From positions 2,948 to 66,947 of IMG/VR virus record IMGVR_UViG_3300020047_009529: a stretch of DNA of 64,000 nucleotides. One strand, written 5' to 3'. The DNA comes from a virus. Lineage: Duplodnaviria > Caudoviricetes. Every line of letters begins with the position of its first letter. Position 1 is the first letter of the stretch. The position numbers and the translations under genes are program-made. Of this stretch, positions 38,801 through 48,102 are shown piece by piece. The notes under the pieces are model-generated. The model had not been told where the DNA came from. It did no database searches and was given only the letters and a program-made list of their open reading frames with translations.

Positions 38801-41800
38801 CATTACCTTCAAACAGTGCATTGTACTTGGCATTAGCTAGGGACTTATCGTCTTCAGTAGCTGTAGACCAATCACCTTTATAGAAGTCTTCAGGCTTGAG
38901 AGTCTTACGAGCATCCTCATAGACTTTGAGCATCTCACGATATACAGGAGTGTTAAAGCCACCATCTAAAGCTGCCTTGATACTGACCTCAAGGGACTCA
39001 ATCACAAATCGCTCTTGAGCTGTCAGGTTAAATCCTACACGACCAAGGCTACTGCTATAAGGTGCTTTACCCTCAGTGACTAAGCTTTCCCATACTTGGA
39101 ATGGTGTGTACTGATTAGTGTCATATCCTTGGATCAGGCTGTATGCCCCTTGTACTGCACTATTAAACACTTCTTTCAAATGACTGTTGAAATCATTATC
39201 AGATGTTGTGTTCAGGCTATCAAAGATGTCAGAAACACTATAGCTATCTACCTCATCCACTGCTGAGAACAATAAATCCTGCTGTCTAGGTTTAGCAGTA
39301 ATATTCTGATTCACTGCCATCAGAGAGGTACCATTGTAAATCAAAGAAGCCAATGCTGTGTTATCACTTGGCTTAATACCTAAGTAATTCACAATACTAT
39401 CAATAAGCATTTGGAATATTGACTTAGCTTCAAAACGTCGATTAGTAACCTTGGTAACAGGCACTTGCATCAACACTTCTTGGAATACTTTGGAGCTAAA
39501 TCCTACCGCTACGAACTCCTCTAAATTAGTCAAAGCGTATTCAATGATAGCTTTTTGCTTATCATTAAATGTGTTCTTGTTTTTTTCATAGAAGTCTCTA
39601 GTAGCTTCCATAGTTTGAGTTAATTCTTTAATTAAGGCTTTAGCTTTAGCATCTTTAGACTTAATGGCAAGAACCGTCAATGCATGTACGTACTCATGCA
39701 AGATTAAACCACTATTGGCTCTATCAGCTCTAACTACAATTACATCTTCGCCATTACTGTTGTAAGTATGAAGACCACTGTATTTACCATTTTGCAATTG
39801 ACTAATATCTACATCAAGATCGTTACTTGCAGTATTAGCATCTACCACATATACCTTAATATTTTTGCCCAATCCTTTATTGATTAGGGCAACTAAGCTT
39901 AGTTGTATAGAAACACCATTTGTTGCTTTAACTTGCTTAGCTAACTCAGGCAACAAATCACCAAGAGTAATAAAACTACCAAGTGCATCAGTCAACTTTT
40001 TAGTAAAACTGTTCTGTAGTATTACAGGCTTTGTAGTAGGTTCAGCTTGTACTACAGGTTTAGTAGGTTCAGCTTGTACTACAGGTTTAGTAGGTTCAGC
40101 TTGTACTACAGGTTTAGTAGGTTCAGCTTGTACTACAGACTCATTTACTTTAATTTCCTCAGTAGGTTTAGTAGATGTATCCTGTTTTACAGGTTTATCA
40201 CTAAATTTATTTTTATTGTATTTAGCATCTTTTAGTTCCTCTTTTAAGTACTGTGGAATAATGGAATCTACTAAGTCTAAATACTTTTGACGTTTGATTT
40301 CTAATTTATCAATTTCTTTAAGCAACAGGCTACGGTCTGCATTAGTCAAAGCATACTGACCCCCTTCAGTACCGTACTGATTGACGTGCTTAACCTTAGT
40401 AAGATTACGAAGCTTAGCAATATCATCATTAAAAGCATTATTGACAACTATCTTCAAAGCTTCAGCAGTTGAGTAAGATTCTAATTCCAATGACGGAAAG
40501 AACCCCTTTTCTGTTTTAGTAAGTGTATAAAGTGCGTTATACAGAATAGTATTGCGATCTTTTTCACTAAACAGGTTACTTTCAAACATACCTTTCAATG
40601 GTGCAAAGAACGCATTCAAGGATTCACTTGCTAAGTGATAACGAGATTGCACTGTAGTGAATGCCTGATTCTGGATAGTAGCCATCTTCACTACTCCAGT
40701 AACAGATGAACCATTAGCATCATGGTGGTTGGTTGCAGCTACACTACTCGAAGTAGTAGCAGTCACAAAAGCATCCATTGATTGAATTAAAATAGCACTA
40801 ATACCAACACCTTTTGACTCAATCACACGCTTAGTCACAGGTGTATTGTACGTCTTACGAGTACCCAACATAGGTGCTTTAGCAAACACATGATTAGATG
40901 AATACTCGTAATATTTGTCACGCTTAAAGTTGTAAGTACGGTGTGATGCTTCTGTAGCATTCTTACCATTAAACACACTGTTAGCACTACGAATCGTAGA
41001 GTCATAAGGTAATAGCCGACTAACAACTTCAGCTTCCATTGCATCGCTCATTGGTTCAAGCTGTACATAAGACATCTCACCATCTTGCTTCATATAACGT
41101 GTTGGAATATTCAACTCATTTTCTGCTTCAACTACTTTATACATTGCTTCATACAATGCACCAAATAATTCAGCACCTACATTCGCTAAGGTAGTGACTT
41201 GCTTACGGCTATCAATCAAGTCACCTGCTACTCTTTGCAAAGCAAACATAGTAGCTTTACCACGTAACTTACCATCTAATTTAGCAACACCTTTTACAAC
41301 GGCTTTTGGAAACTCACTATCTAACAATTCTTCTTTAGTTGCATTAACTAAATTAAATCTAGCAAGTTGTGTACGATTTGCAATATTAATGAGGTCTACT
41401 AATATATTTAGATTATCCTCAATAGTTTTCATACCTTCAGGATTGTTGATGTTGTCTTCAACAGCCTTATAAATCATATTAATCAAGTTATATGAAATAG
41501 CCCGATTAATTGAACCAAAAGAAGAACCATAGACGAAAGGTGTAGTTGCTACTTTAGCTCCTTTACGACTACCAAAATTCTTATCAAAATAGTTTGTAAT
41601 TGCAGCAAACTGTTCAACAACAACCCTTAGGTAATTATCTTTATCTGCTGCAATACTAGAGATTAGATCACTCCATATTTCTTTTTGAGCTTCACCAATC
41701 TGCTGATAAACATCTTTACCGCCTTTGGCTCGATAGCCTACGTTAGTGACTGTATCAGTATCAAAACCATATAAGCCACCTGCTTCAAGTAGATTGGTGC

Positions 41801-44800
41801 TATACGCTCCATAAGCTACAACAGAAATGATAAGGCCATTGGTCACACCGTCAGACTCATAGGCTAATGAGGTAGTGAGCTGTGTTCCTGCTGCTTTAGC
41901 ATCAAAGTAATCTACAAGGCTATCCAAGGCCATGACACTTAGCCCTGCCATACCAAACTCACTTACTGCTTCTTGGATTGCATTCAGGTCTGCTAAGCCA
42001 CCATTACGCATCTCACGCATGGCTTCTACACCTTTAGCCACTACAGGACTTGTATTGATGTATTCCAAGAATGATGGGATATACAAACCTGCTGTAGTCT
42101 TATCATGTGTGGTGTTAATAGTGAGTGGTGCTTCCTCCATGTTTGCCCCTAGAGCAAGTAAGTAGTAGCCAAAGGGTGTAATAGTGCCATCTGCATTGAA
42201 TGGGGAATCTATGTCAATAGTGACCGTATGCTCTTTAAGACCAATCATAGAGCGACTAATCTTATCAGCCTGTTCATTTAAAACAGTGGCATCAATACCA
42301 ATACGGTTTACTTCCCATACCTTCATAGGCATGTACATATCAGGGTAGGTATCCCCTTCAATTGAGCCAAGGAAATCAAGGTTATTGTTGATACTGCGGA
42401 TGATCCCCTCATTGATAGCCTGTTGCTCTAAACGGGTACTAATGTGCTTATTTGCAAGCTCCTCAATAGGCACATACCCTAAAAGTCTTAGCAATGCATC
42501 GTGGTTCAAAGCACTCATAGTCTGATAGAAGTTGACCATATTAGTATTAACTGAGTATGGCTTGGCTTGCATACGCTTAACTTTTTGAGCCAAATCAAGA
42601 GGAATCTCAGTACCAGTACTGCTAATGGTCTTTTGACTCAACCCTTTGATTGGTTCAAATGAAGGATACCGTAACTCATTCTCAGTACCAAATAATGAGT
42701 TCATCAAACCTTGAGTGCCACGAGTAACATCCATTACACGTTTTACAAATTTATTTGGTTCATTATTTTCCCAAATAGGTCTTGCAAGGTAAACACGGTA
42801 AGCTGAGTTATTAGCAATTAGGGGGTCTTTCTCTGCTTCCTGCTCTGATGCATCAGAGATCATATTAGCAAATTCTCTAAATTCATCTAATGCATAAGAA
42901 GTCTCCTCAAGTAAATTACCGTCAAGCATAAGTACGTAAGCAATAGTACCTAACGCACTTTGCAATTTATCTTTACGAGTTGAGCTTAAACCTTTATCAA
43001 GTTTAAACCCTAAAGACTTGTATGCACGCTCACCTAAACTTTGAATAATTTGGTTAGTGAATTGACCTGCATCAGTAAACTCTTTGAATACTTCAAGCGG
43101 AACAATAGCAGTTTCTTTAAAACCAAATAGTGCTGCTACTTGTTCCATGTTGCGATAACGCTTACCACCATTCTCAGCTACCCAACTAAACATAGAAGCT
43201 GTAATAGCAGTCTTGATGTTTTCATCAATAGTACCATCAGGATTAATCAAGTATTGAATCCAATCCTGATATTTGAATTTACTATCAGCACCTTTATTAC
43301 GAATAAAAGATGCAATCTTTTTACTATGTAGTTCATTAAACTTACTGAATGCAACCAAAGCATCTTCCTGTTTAGGCGTTAATGCACCTAAAATACTTGC
43401 AGCATTTGTCAACAAGTCTTCTTTGAGCCAAGACATGAAGTCTTTATTAGCTGCAAGAAAAGTAGACTTAACTTGTTTGAAGCTTGCAACTAACAAGTTT
43501 GCTTTTTGATAACCCGTCGATTCAGTACGATTATCTTCTTCAGATAAAGCACGTTCAAACTCTTTATCACCCTGCATGGCAGTAAGGCCATCAACTACAT
43601 CTTCAATTACTGGATCAACCGATTCAGAAGTAGATTCTACAATAGTTGTACTCTCACTATCTGTTGCAATAGTCTCAGGATCAGTATTCAGGTTTGCAGT
43701 ACCTACATCTTGATCATTTACATCCTCTTCTACAGGAATTTCTACAGTACCTGTAGAAGGATCATTAACTACGTATGTCCATTCAGCATGTAGACCACTA
43801 GGATTTTTTACGTAACCCTTAGAGTATAGATACTCTGCTAAATCTTTCTCACCTGTATTAAACGATGTAATAAGAAAGTCAGTAATAAATACTGCTTTTG
43901 CTGCAATAGCTTTATCTAACTCAGGTTTAATCGCTTCAAGTTTAACAGCATCTTTTCGATTACCATTAATGGATACGAATACTTTCTCCCCTTCAGTATA
44001 TGTACCTTTATTAGCTAAATCACCATACTGATCTTCATAGTAAGCAGTACTGCTATTAGGAGCACCTTTACCAATAAAAGAGTCTGCTGCATTAATTTTA
44101 GATAATTCTTTTCTCCGTGTATCACTGCTAATATTTCCTTTTGTAATAATAATTGGCTTATCGTTCCCTACTTCAGTTTTATCTGTTACAGGGGTAGTCA
44201 CTTCATTACTTAATTCAATATCTTCTGCCTTTGGTTCAGCTTTAGTATCAAGTGAGCTTAGTGTTTTAGCATAAACATCTTTGATAGCTTGTTTAGCTGC
44301 ATTAGCAATCTCATCACCAACGTATTGTTTTCTTGGTTCAAACTTACCTGTTAGTTGGTTTTTAGTATTGTAATTTTCAATATCTCTAGTACCAATACCA
44401 GCAAATTCTTTAGTTAAAGTAGGTGTAGTAGTAGCTTGGAATACACCCTTAGCTCTATTAAATTCGTACCATCTTTGAGTATTAGTATCCCAAACATAAA
44501 CAGGACGAACCTTGTCAGTTAGTTTGATAGCTAATTGGATAGCAGTATTAGTACCACCAGTAACACCTTTTTTATTGGGCGTTAGTGAACCAATAGCAAA
44601 TACACCATCAGAATTAGCTACTTGATAATAATTACGTGCTTGTAAGTTACCAGCAATATCATCCTTATGGTTAGTACCAAGTAGACTATTAACGGTATCT
44701 CTAGCTTTATTTAATGCAGCAGCAGTAAGGATAACTGCTTTAACACCAGCATCTTTAAGCTTTTTAGATAGGTTACTATTATTCTCATCTCGATAGTGAT

Positions 44801-47800
44801 TATGGTTAGTAACACCAAATTCACGACCAACAGTATCCCACATGGTATCTGCACCATAAGCACCGCCAGAATGGTTGGTATAACCCTGTAATGCTAATTC
44901 AGCTTTAGTTTCTGTAGCTGCTTCTGGCTTTACATCAGCTTTAGTTTCTTCTTTACTTGGTTCAACTTGCGATAGATAAGCTTCATTCAGTGCTAGGATA
45001 AACCAGTTCTCACCTCCAGTTTCCCATACAGTGTTCTTTGAAGTTGGTTGGTGTGTAGCTGCCAATATCCACTTAGAACCACCCTGCTTAGTAATTCCAA
45101 CTACTAATGCAGGGTACTGTTTTAATTTAGCTTTAAGAATAGCAACCATGAGTCTGTAATTATTACTAACCTCTCTAGCAGGTTTAGTTCTACTTTCTGT
45201 AGGATGTTTAATTGCTTGAAAAACTGCTTCAGCATCTTTATAAGTTTTACCACCAAATTCTATTGGATAAGACTCTGTAATATTACCCTTTGATTTAGCC
45301 AATTCAGTAGGATTAGTAAGAGCAGCAGCCAAACCTTTTGCATTAGAACTGATTTCTGTAGTAGCTAACTCAATATCTTCTGCTTTTGGTTCAGCCGCTT
45401 TAGCTGCGCGTTCAGCTTCTTTCTTAGCTTTATCTGCTTGGTATTGATTACGGATAATACGATCTAAGTTGTTGTAGTCATCAAGGGCAGATTGAAAGTC
45501 TTCAGTAACTGTTACTTCTTCAGGTTTAACTGAATTAAAATAATCAACAGTTTTACCAATAGATTCAACTTCAGTACCTATACGCTGAATAAGATTACCA
45601 CTGCCTTTATGAATTAACATACCACCATTTTCAACTAGGCCGTTTACATCAGCACTTGTTTGGTAGTTACCCGCTTCTGCAAGTACCCACTCATTACCTG
45701 ATTTCCAAACAGGAATAGCCAAACCTGTTGGTACTTTTGCAAATGCTTCTTTAGCTGCTTTATGTTTTTTGATATGTGAATCTTGAAATGAAGTAAGTTG
45801 AGTATACAAACGATTTAATACATTTGTATTACCTGAGTTCTGAGCAGTGTTCCACTCTTTCACATATTCTTTCAAACCTCGAAAGTTTTTTACATCAGAC
45901 TTAGAGCCAGTAGTAATATCACCTGTTACTAAATCCAAATCTTTAGATGAATTCAAAGCAACAATAGCTTCTGAAAACTTACGTAGATTATTACGTTGAT
46001 CATCAGTTAATCCATTAGTCAAATCATCAACTACTGAATTAATCTTAGATACGTTTTCTGGCAATGGCTCTAACTCAATAGTAGCATCATAAGTTGAATA
46101 ATTTGCTTTATTATGCACCTTATTCAATCGACTAAATTGACTCTGCAAATCTTCTTGAGTTGCCTTAGCTTTATCTAAAGAAGCTAAATAAACTTCAGGT
46201 GTAGCTTCTTTAACAATATTATAAGAAGCTGTCATTGCTGCATTAGCTTTAGTAATTAAATCTGTGTAAAGCTCTTTGGATTCATCACTCAATTCAGGGT
46301 TAGCAAGAATTTCTTCAAGCTTTGCTTCATTACGTGTTACTGCCCCATTAACCACTTTTTCATATTGAGCATAGGTTGCTGTTTGAGCATCAAGTAAGTC
46401 CTGTGCATCATTTACAGTCTGACGTGCATCATTGAAGACTTGATCTTTATCTTCTTGGTTCTCAGCTTGTGAGTAAGCAAAGACATATCGTTTAACCGCT
46501 TCAGATGGGTTATACGACTTAGATTGAGGATTAACTAAGTCTGCTACATCAGTAGTAGTGTCTGTAGGTGCTTCAGGGTTAATAGCAGGTTTACCTGTAA
46601 ATTCATTAGCAATAGCCCCAGGTGTACCAACTACCCCACCTGACAATCCCCCAAGAGCTGCACCAATACCAACATCAACAGGGTTATCAAAGCCACCCAA
46701 CGAACCTAGACCACCCTCAATTGCTGACTGCCAGCCTTCCGCAAATGTTTCAGCTCCTGTAGGTGCAGCAATACGCCCTGTTGAGCCAAGGATAGAAGTA
46801 GCCATCTGTAGGGGTGTTTTAGCTACTGCTTCTGTAGATTTAGTAGCTATTCCCAGTGGGGTAGTTACAAGTTTATCACCTACAAAGTTTAACCCTGCGT
46901 ATGCCAAGTCATACAAAGCCATATCTGCTTTTTCTTGCTGTGTAGGTAAACGTCCTTCACGAGCTGTAAACTGAGCCGTAGACTTGGCTGCTTGATCAGT
47001 CAATGAAGATACTGCACCTATAAAGGGTGCTAAAAAGTAAGGTAAAGACTCAGCAATAGTTGTAGGCACAGTAGTCAAATTATTAGTAGCGTTATCAAAC
47101 GCACTCATAAATGCATTGCCTAATTTTGCTGTATCTGATTTTGCATTGATAACATTAGGATCACCTGCAACATTCTCTTGCAAGTTTTGCATATTTCGTT
47201 GGTTATACCATTCTTTAGTATTTAAAGCATTTGGTGTTTTACCATCAGCTTCATACCCCCGTTCTTTTAATACTGCTTCACGGATAGCTTGAGCATTATC
47301 TAAATCTTCACGAAATGTATTTCCTGTTTTTGGATTACGAGTATTTACCAATGATATCTCCCAATTATCAATTTGGGCATAAGATGTCCAAATTTCAAAC
47401 ATCGTCTGTTCACGTAATAATTCTTCGTCATTAGGTTTTTTTGCTAATTCAATTTTAAATTTTTCATAATCACGTGCTAGTGAAAGTCTCGATTGATTTT
47501 TATGTAAAATGTTTGAATACGCTTCTTTAACCCGATCAGGTACAGTGGATTCAATCATAGCTGCATCTACTGTATCTGGAATTGTTTTAATATTCCGATA
47601 AATGTTGTTTGCAGTAGCAGCTACAGCTAATGACATGTTTGCTAAGTTAGCTGGAACACTAATCAAAGGATTAGTACTTTCTAATTGAGCTGTATTAACA
47701 ATTGGATGATCTTTATCTAAGTTATCGTACTTTTTATTTGCTTCAAGATTAGCTACTTCTTGGCGTGCTACTTCGGCAATAGTACGTGGATCAGTACCAC

Positions 47801-48023
47801 CACCATTCTTGACATGTTCTGCTACACTACGGCCTTTGACAGCTTGTTGTTCTTGTGGTGCATAGCTCACCAAAGGACTTGCAGCTTCTTGTGTTGGTTC
47901 AGGTGTTAGTACTTGTCGTTGTGGTGCTTGGGCAATAGTCGATAGCAATGCTTGAGCCATATCATTAGGATTCAAGACTGTACCATCAGGGAGGGTGTAA
48001 GATTGAAGGATCGTATTGGACAT
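35877..48023 (-). CDS. Virion-encapsidated RNA polymerase (N4 gp50-like), 4048 aa, with inserted NADAR-like, SLOG-like and unnamed domains
   Basis: Giant ORF with no Cys seen in the translation; motifs YESDGVTNG (A), RKGAKVATTPFVYGS (B), QSMDA...HHDA (C); position between the RuvC-like gene and the ejection genes. Confidence 0.95.
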   Translation of the reverse strand: MSNTILQSYTLPDGTVLNPNDMAQALLSTIAQAPQRQVLTPEPTQEAASPLVSYAPQEQQAVKGRSVAEHVKNGGGTDPRTIAEVARQEVANLEANKKYDNLDKDHPIVNTAQLESTNPLISVPANLANMSLAVAATANNIYRNIKTIPDTVDAAMIESTVPDRVKEAYSNILHKNQSRLSLARDYEKFKIELAKKPNDEELLREQTMFEIWTSYAQIDNWEISLVNTRNPKTGNTFREDLDNAQAIREAVLKERGYEADGKTPNALNTKEWYNQRNMQNLQENVAGDPNVINAKSDTAKLGNAFMSAFDNATNNLTTVPTTIAESLPYFLAPFIGAVSSLTDQAAKSTAQFTAREGRLPTQQEKADMALYDLAYAGLNFVGDKLVTTPLGIATKSTEAVAKTPLQMATSILGSTGRIAAPTGAETFAEGWQSAIEGGLGSLGGFDNPVDVGIGAALGGLSGGVVGTPGAIANEFTGKPAINPEAPTDTTTDVADLVNPQSKSYNPSEAVKRYVFAYSQAENQEDKDQVFNDARQTVNDAQDLLDAQTATYAQYEKVVNGAVTRNEAKLEEILANPELSDESKELYTDLITKANAAMTASYNIVKEATPEVYLASLDKAKATQEDLQSQFSRLNKVHNKANYSTYDATIELEPLPENVSKINSVVDDLTNGLTDDQRNNLRKFSEAIVALNSSKDLDLVTGDITTGSKSDVKNFRGLKEYVKEWNTAQNSGNTNVLNRLYTQLTSFQDSHIKKHKAAKEAFAKVPTGLAIPVWKSGNEWVLAEAGNYQTSADVNGLVENGGMLIHKGSGNLIQRIGTEVESIGKTVDYFNSVKPEEVTVTEDFQSALDDYNNLDRIIRNQYQADKAKKEAERAAKAAEPKAEDIELATTEISSNAKGLAAALTNPTELAKSKGNITESYPIEFGGKTYKDAEAVFQAIKHPTESRTKPAREVSNNYRLMVAILKAKLKQYPALVVGITKQGGSKWILAATHQPTSKNTVWETGGENWFILALNEAYLSQVEPSKEETKADVKPEAATETKAELALQGYTNHSGGAYGADTMWDTVGREFGVTNHNHYRDENNSNLSKKLKDAGVKAVILTAAALNKARDTVNSLLGTNHKDDIAGNLQARNYYQVANSDGVFAIGSLTPNKKGVTGGTNTAIQLAIKLTDKVRPVYVWDTNTQRWYEFNRAKGVFQATTTPTLTKEFAGIGTRDIENYNTKNQLTGKFEPRKQYVGDEIANAAKQAIKDVYAKTLSSLDTKAEPKAEDIELSNEVTTPVTDKTEVGNDKPIIITKGNISSDTRRKELSKINAADSFIGKGAPNSSTAYYEDQYGDLANKGTYTEGEKVFVSINGNRKDAVKLEAIKPELDKAIAAKAVFITDFLITSFNTGEKDLAEYLYSKGYVKNPSGLHAEWTYVVNDPSTGTVEIPVEEDVNDQDVGTANLNTDPETIATDSESTTIVESTSESVDPVIEDVVDGLTAMQGDKEFERALSEEDNRTESTGYQKANLLVASFKQVKSTFLAANKDFMSWLKEDLLTNAASILGALTPKQEDALVAFSKFNELHSKKIASFIRNKGADSKFKYQDWIQYLINPDGTIDENIKTAITASMFSWVAENGGKRYRNMEQVAALFGFKETAIVPLEVFKEFTDAGQFTNQIIQSLGERAYKSLGFKLDKGLSSTRKDKLQSALGTIAYVLMLDGNLLEETSYALDEFREFANMISDASEQEAEKDPLIANNSAYRVYLARPIWENNEPNKFVKRVMDVTRGTQGLMNSLFGTENELRYPSFEPIKGLSQKTISSTGTEIPLDLAQKVKRMQAKPYSVNTNMVNFYQTMSALNHDALLRLLGYVPIEELANKHISTRLEQQAINEGIIRSINNNLDFLGSIEGDTYPDMYMPMKVWEVNRIGIDATVLNEQADKISRSMIGLKEHTVTIDIDSPFNADGTITPFGYYLLALGANMEEAPLTINTTHDKTTAGLYIPSFLEYINTSPVVAKGVEAMREMRNGGLADLNAIQEAVSEFGMAGLSVMALDSLVDYFDAKAAGTQLTTSLAYESDGVTNGLIISVVAYGAYSTNLLEAGGLYGFDTDTVTNVGYRAKGGKDVYQQIGEAQKEIWSDLISSIAADKDNYLRVVVEQFAAITNYFDKNFGSRKGAKVATTPFVYGSSFGSINRAISYNLINMIYKAVEDNINNPEGMKTIEDNLNILVDLINIANRTQLARFNLVNATKEELLDSEFPKAVVKGVAKLDGKLRGKATMFALQRVAGDLIDSRKQVTTLANVGAELFGALYEAMYKVVEAENELNIPTRYMKQDGEMSYVQLEPMSDAMEAEVVSRLLPYDSTIRSANSVFNGKNATEASHRTYNFKRDKYYEYSSNHVFAKAPMLGTRKTYNTPVTKRVIESKGVGISAILIQSMDAFVTATTSSSVAATNHHDANGSSVTGVVKMATIQNQAFTTVQSRYHLASESLNAFFAPLKGMFESNLFSEKDRNTILYNALYTLTKTEKGFFPSLELESYSTAEALKIVVNNAFNDDIAKLRNLTKVKHVNQYGTEGGQYALTNADRSLLLKEIDKLEIKRQKYLDLVDSIIPQYLKEELKDAKYNKNKFSDKPVKQDTSTKPTEEIKVNESVVQAEPTKPVVQAEPTKPVVQAEPTKPVVQAEPTTKPVILQNSFTKKLTDALGSFITLGDLLPELAKQVKATNGVSIQLSLVALINKGLGKNIKVYVVDANTASNDLDVDISQLQNGKYSGLHTYNSNGEDVIVVRADRANSGLILHEYVHALTVLAIKSKDAKAKALIKELTQTMEATRDFYEKNKNTFNDKQKAIIEYALTNLEEFVAVGFSSKVFQEVLMQVPVTKVTNRRFEAKSIFQMLIDSIVNYLGIKPSDNTALASLIYNGTSLMAVNQNITAKPRQQDLLFSAVDEVDSYSVSDIFDSLNTTSDNDFNSHLKEVFNSAVQGAYSLIQGYDTNQYTPFQVWESLVTEGKAPYSSSLGRVGFNLTAQERFVIESLEVSIKAALDGGFNTPVYREMLKVYEDARKTLKPEDFYKGDWSTATEDDKSLANAKYNALFEGNASNGRSDYMSKFIAASLGSKEVRELMDTVVSTRERSSTKKSYYEKLTSFINSIMNWVNGYLTRTLRTDTASGKLPILAKQLIEIKNQRKDGLINQVLDRISSAQAVSNAYGQLFGKKGADLLNGMAKSKRGSVRGSTKVVQSILRGNFMEDMRVMQDWRDFWHSGKPYGMAAELLSEFAEPSTMREAVYDLIRKHNVLQQHRKRLIDVTKSDLLSLFDNKLTKEERNAISAGMLRTNMQVMLKHIGIKGITEAFKSNAVVDKAIAELTKELNQYEDSEVYKVRAKDLAIYQIKGEGRTALAKNSDAIARNVGLENYYDVAAKDVVNLIDQYAAFHAIRYMDQSQRQLIVKLLESNQSAMSTVLQYHGSMIKESKDTLFQSSTTNMIDGYLPEITNRHKEISIATSKEEEADLIRLGFKKVADLKMDKNDPFTGDVRAMYATDVSVRQRFVTAAVSITNTARKGTSIFKGNKDDLTPKGLAVAHQLAASRMRKGLAAKAAKADSYDPRMETSSVIPVYRNDGSIMDYRYEMSHAVRDSSVLERNNDFATLLGTYKGGIFDKSHTPTHNKAVFDMIHKDWAAYGDRQRHKFTEVSPNSDDPRVAELYKLLPDKTKAYVNGLYGETPLMIRTDLLRPVFGFQKLTIGNMFDKDPDLRNTVENFTVQMVNVLLRNNPKAKAMKAEQAIQDIMAVVKNVIVIRNISTLLGNQTNNMSILMARGINPKSIVEDSIEALRAGTQYRKDMSRKVSLEQNLLVGVGNPTEIRNELNRVNDSLNRNPLKEFIAAGMLPTIVEDLDSGQDEYAYTTKFADAIDQKTAFIPKGVKTAAKWAVVAPGTPAYEFLSNATQFSDFMAKYVAYKQVTLREGGTHEEGIRLADKLFIAYDVPTSPQLQYLNDMGLVMFTKYYIRIQRAMFYLLKNYPTTSLAQTFLAASGNYVGALDASMLGGIGNPFTPSILGVPSAAIEPFPIKMLLGF
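40037..40137 (-). repeat. 27-bp coding tandem repeat (VVQAEPTKP x~4) in the vRNAP hinge
   Basis: Unit GTACTACAGGTTTAGTAGGTTCAGCTT repeated near-identically. Confidence 0.9.
44211..45395 (-). repeat. Pair of 30-bp direct repeats (AEPKAEDIEL) at 44211-44240 and 45366-45395
   Basis: 28 of 30 bases identical by eye. Confidence 0.9.
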
Positions 48024-48042
48024 GATGCACTACCTATGATGC

Positions 48043-48070
48043 AAAAAGAAAAGGCATGTAAAACATGCCT
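48043..48070 (-). terminator. Terminator immediately upstream of the vRNAP gene
   Basis: Minus strand AGGCATGT-TTT-ACATGCCT then TTTCTTTTT. Confidence 0.75.
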
Positions 48071-48102
48071 ATTTAACGCCTTATTGAACCAAGAAACAAG
48101 GC

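Noticed and set aside
40037-40137. Possible CRISPR-like array
   Set aside because: The units are contiguous without unique spacers and are in-frame coding repeats; same for 48103-48495 and 53862-54038.
39865-40290. Antisense ORFs in the track (e.g. 39865-40290, 46558-46974, 55409-55798, 8400-8783, 22026-22340)
   Set aside because: They fully overlap well-supported genes on the other strand, lack an RBS, and reflect codon or repeat shadows.
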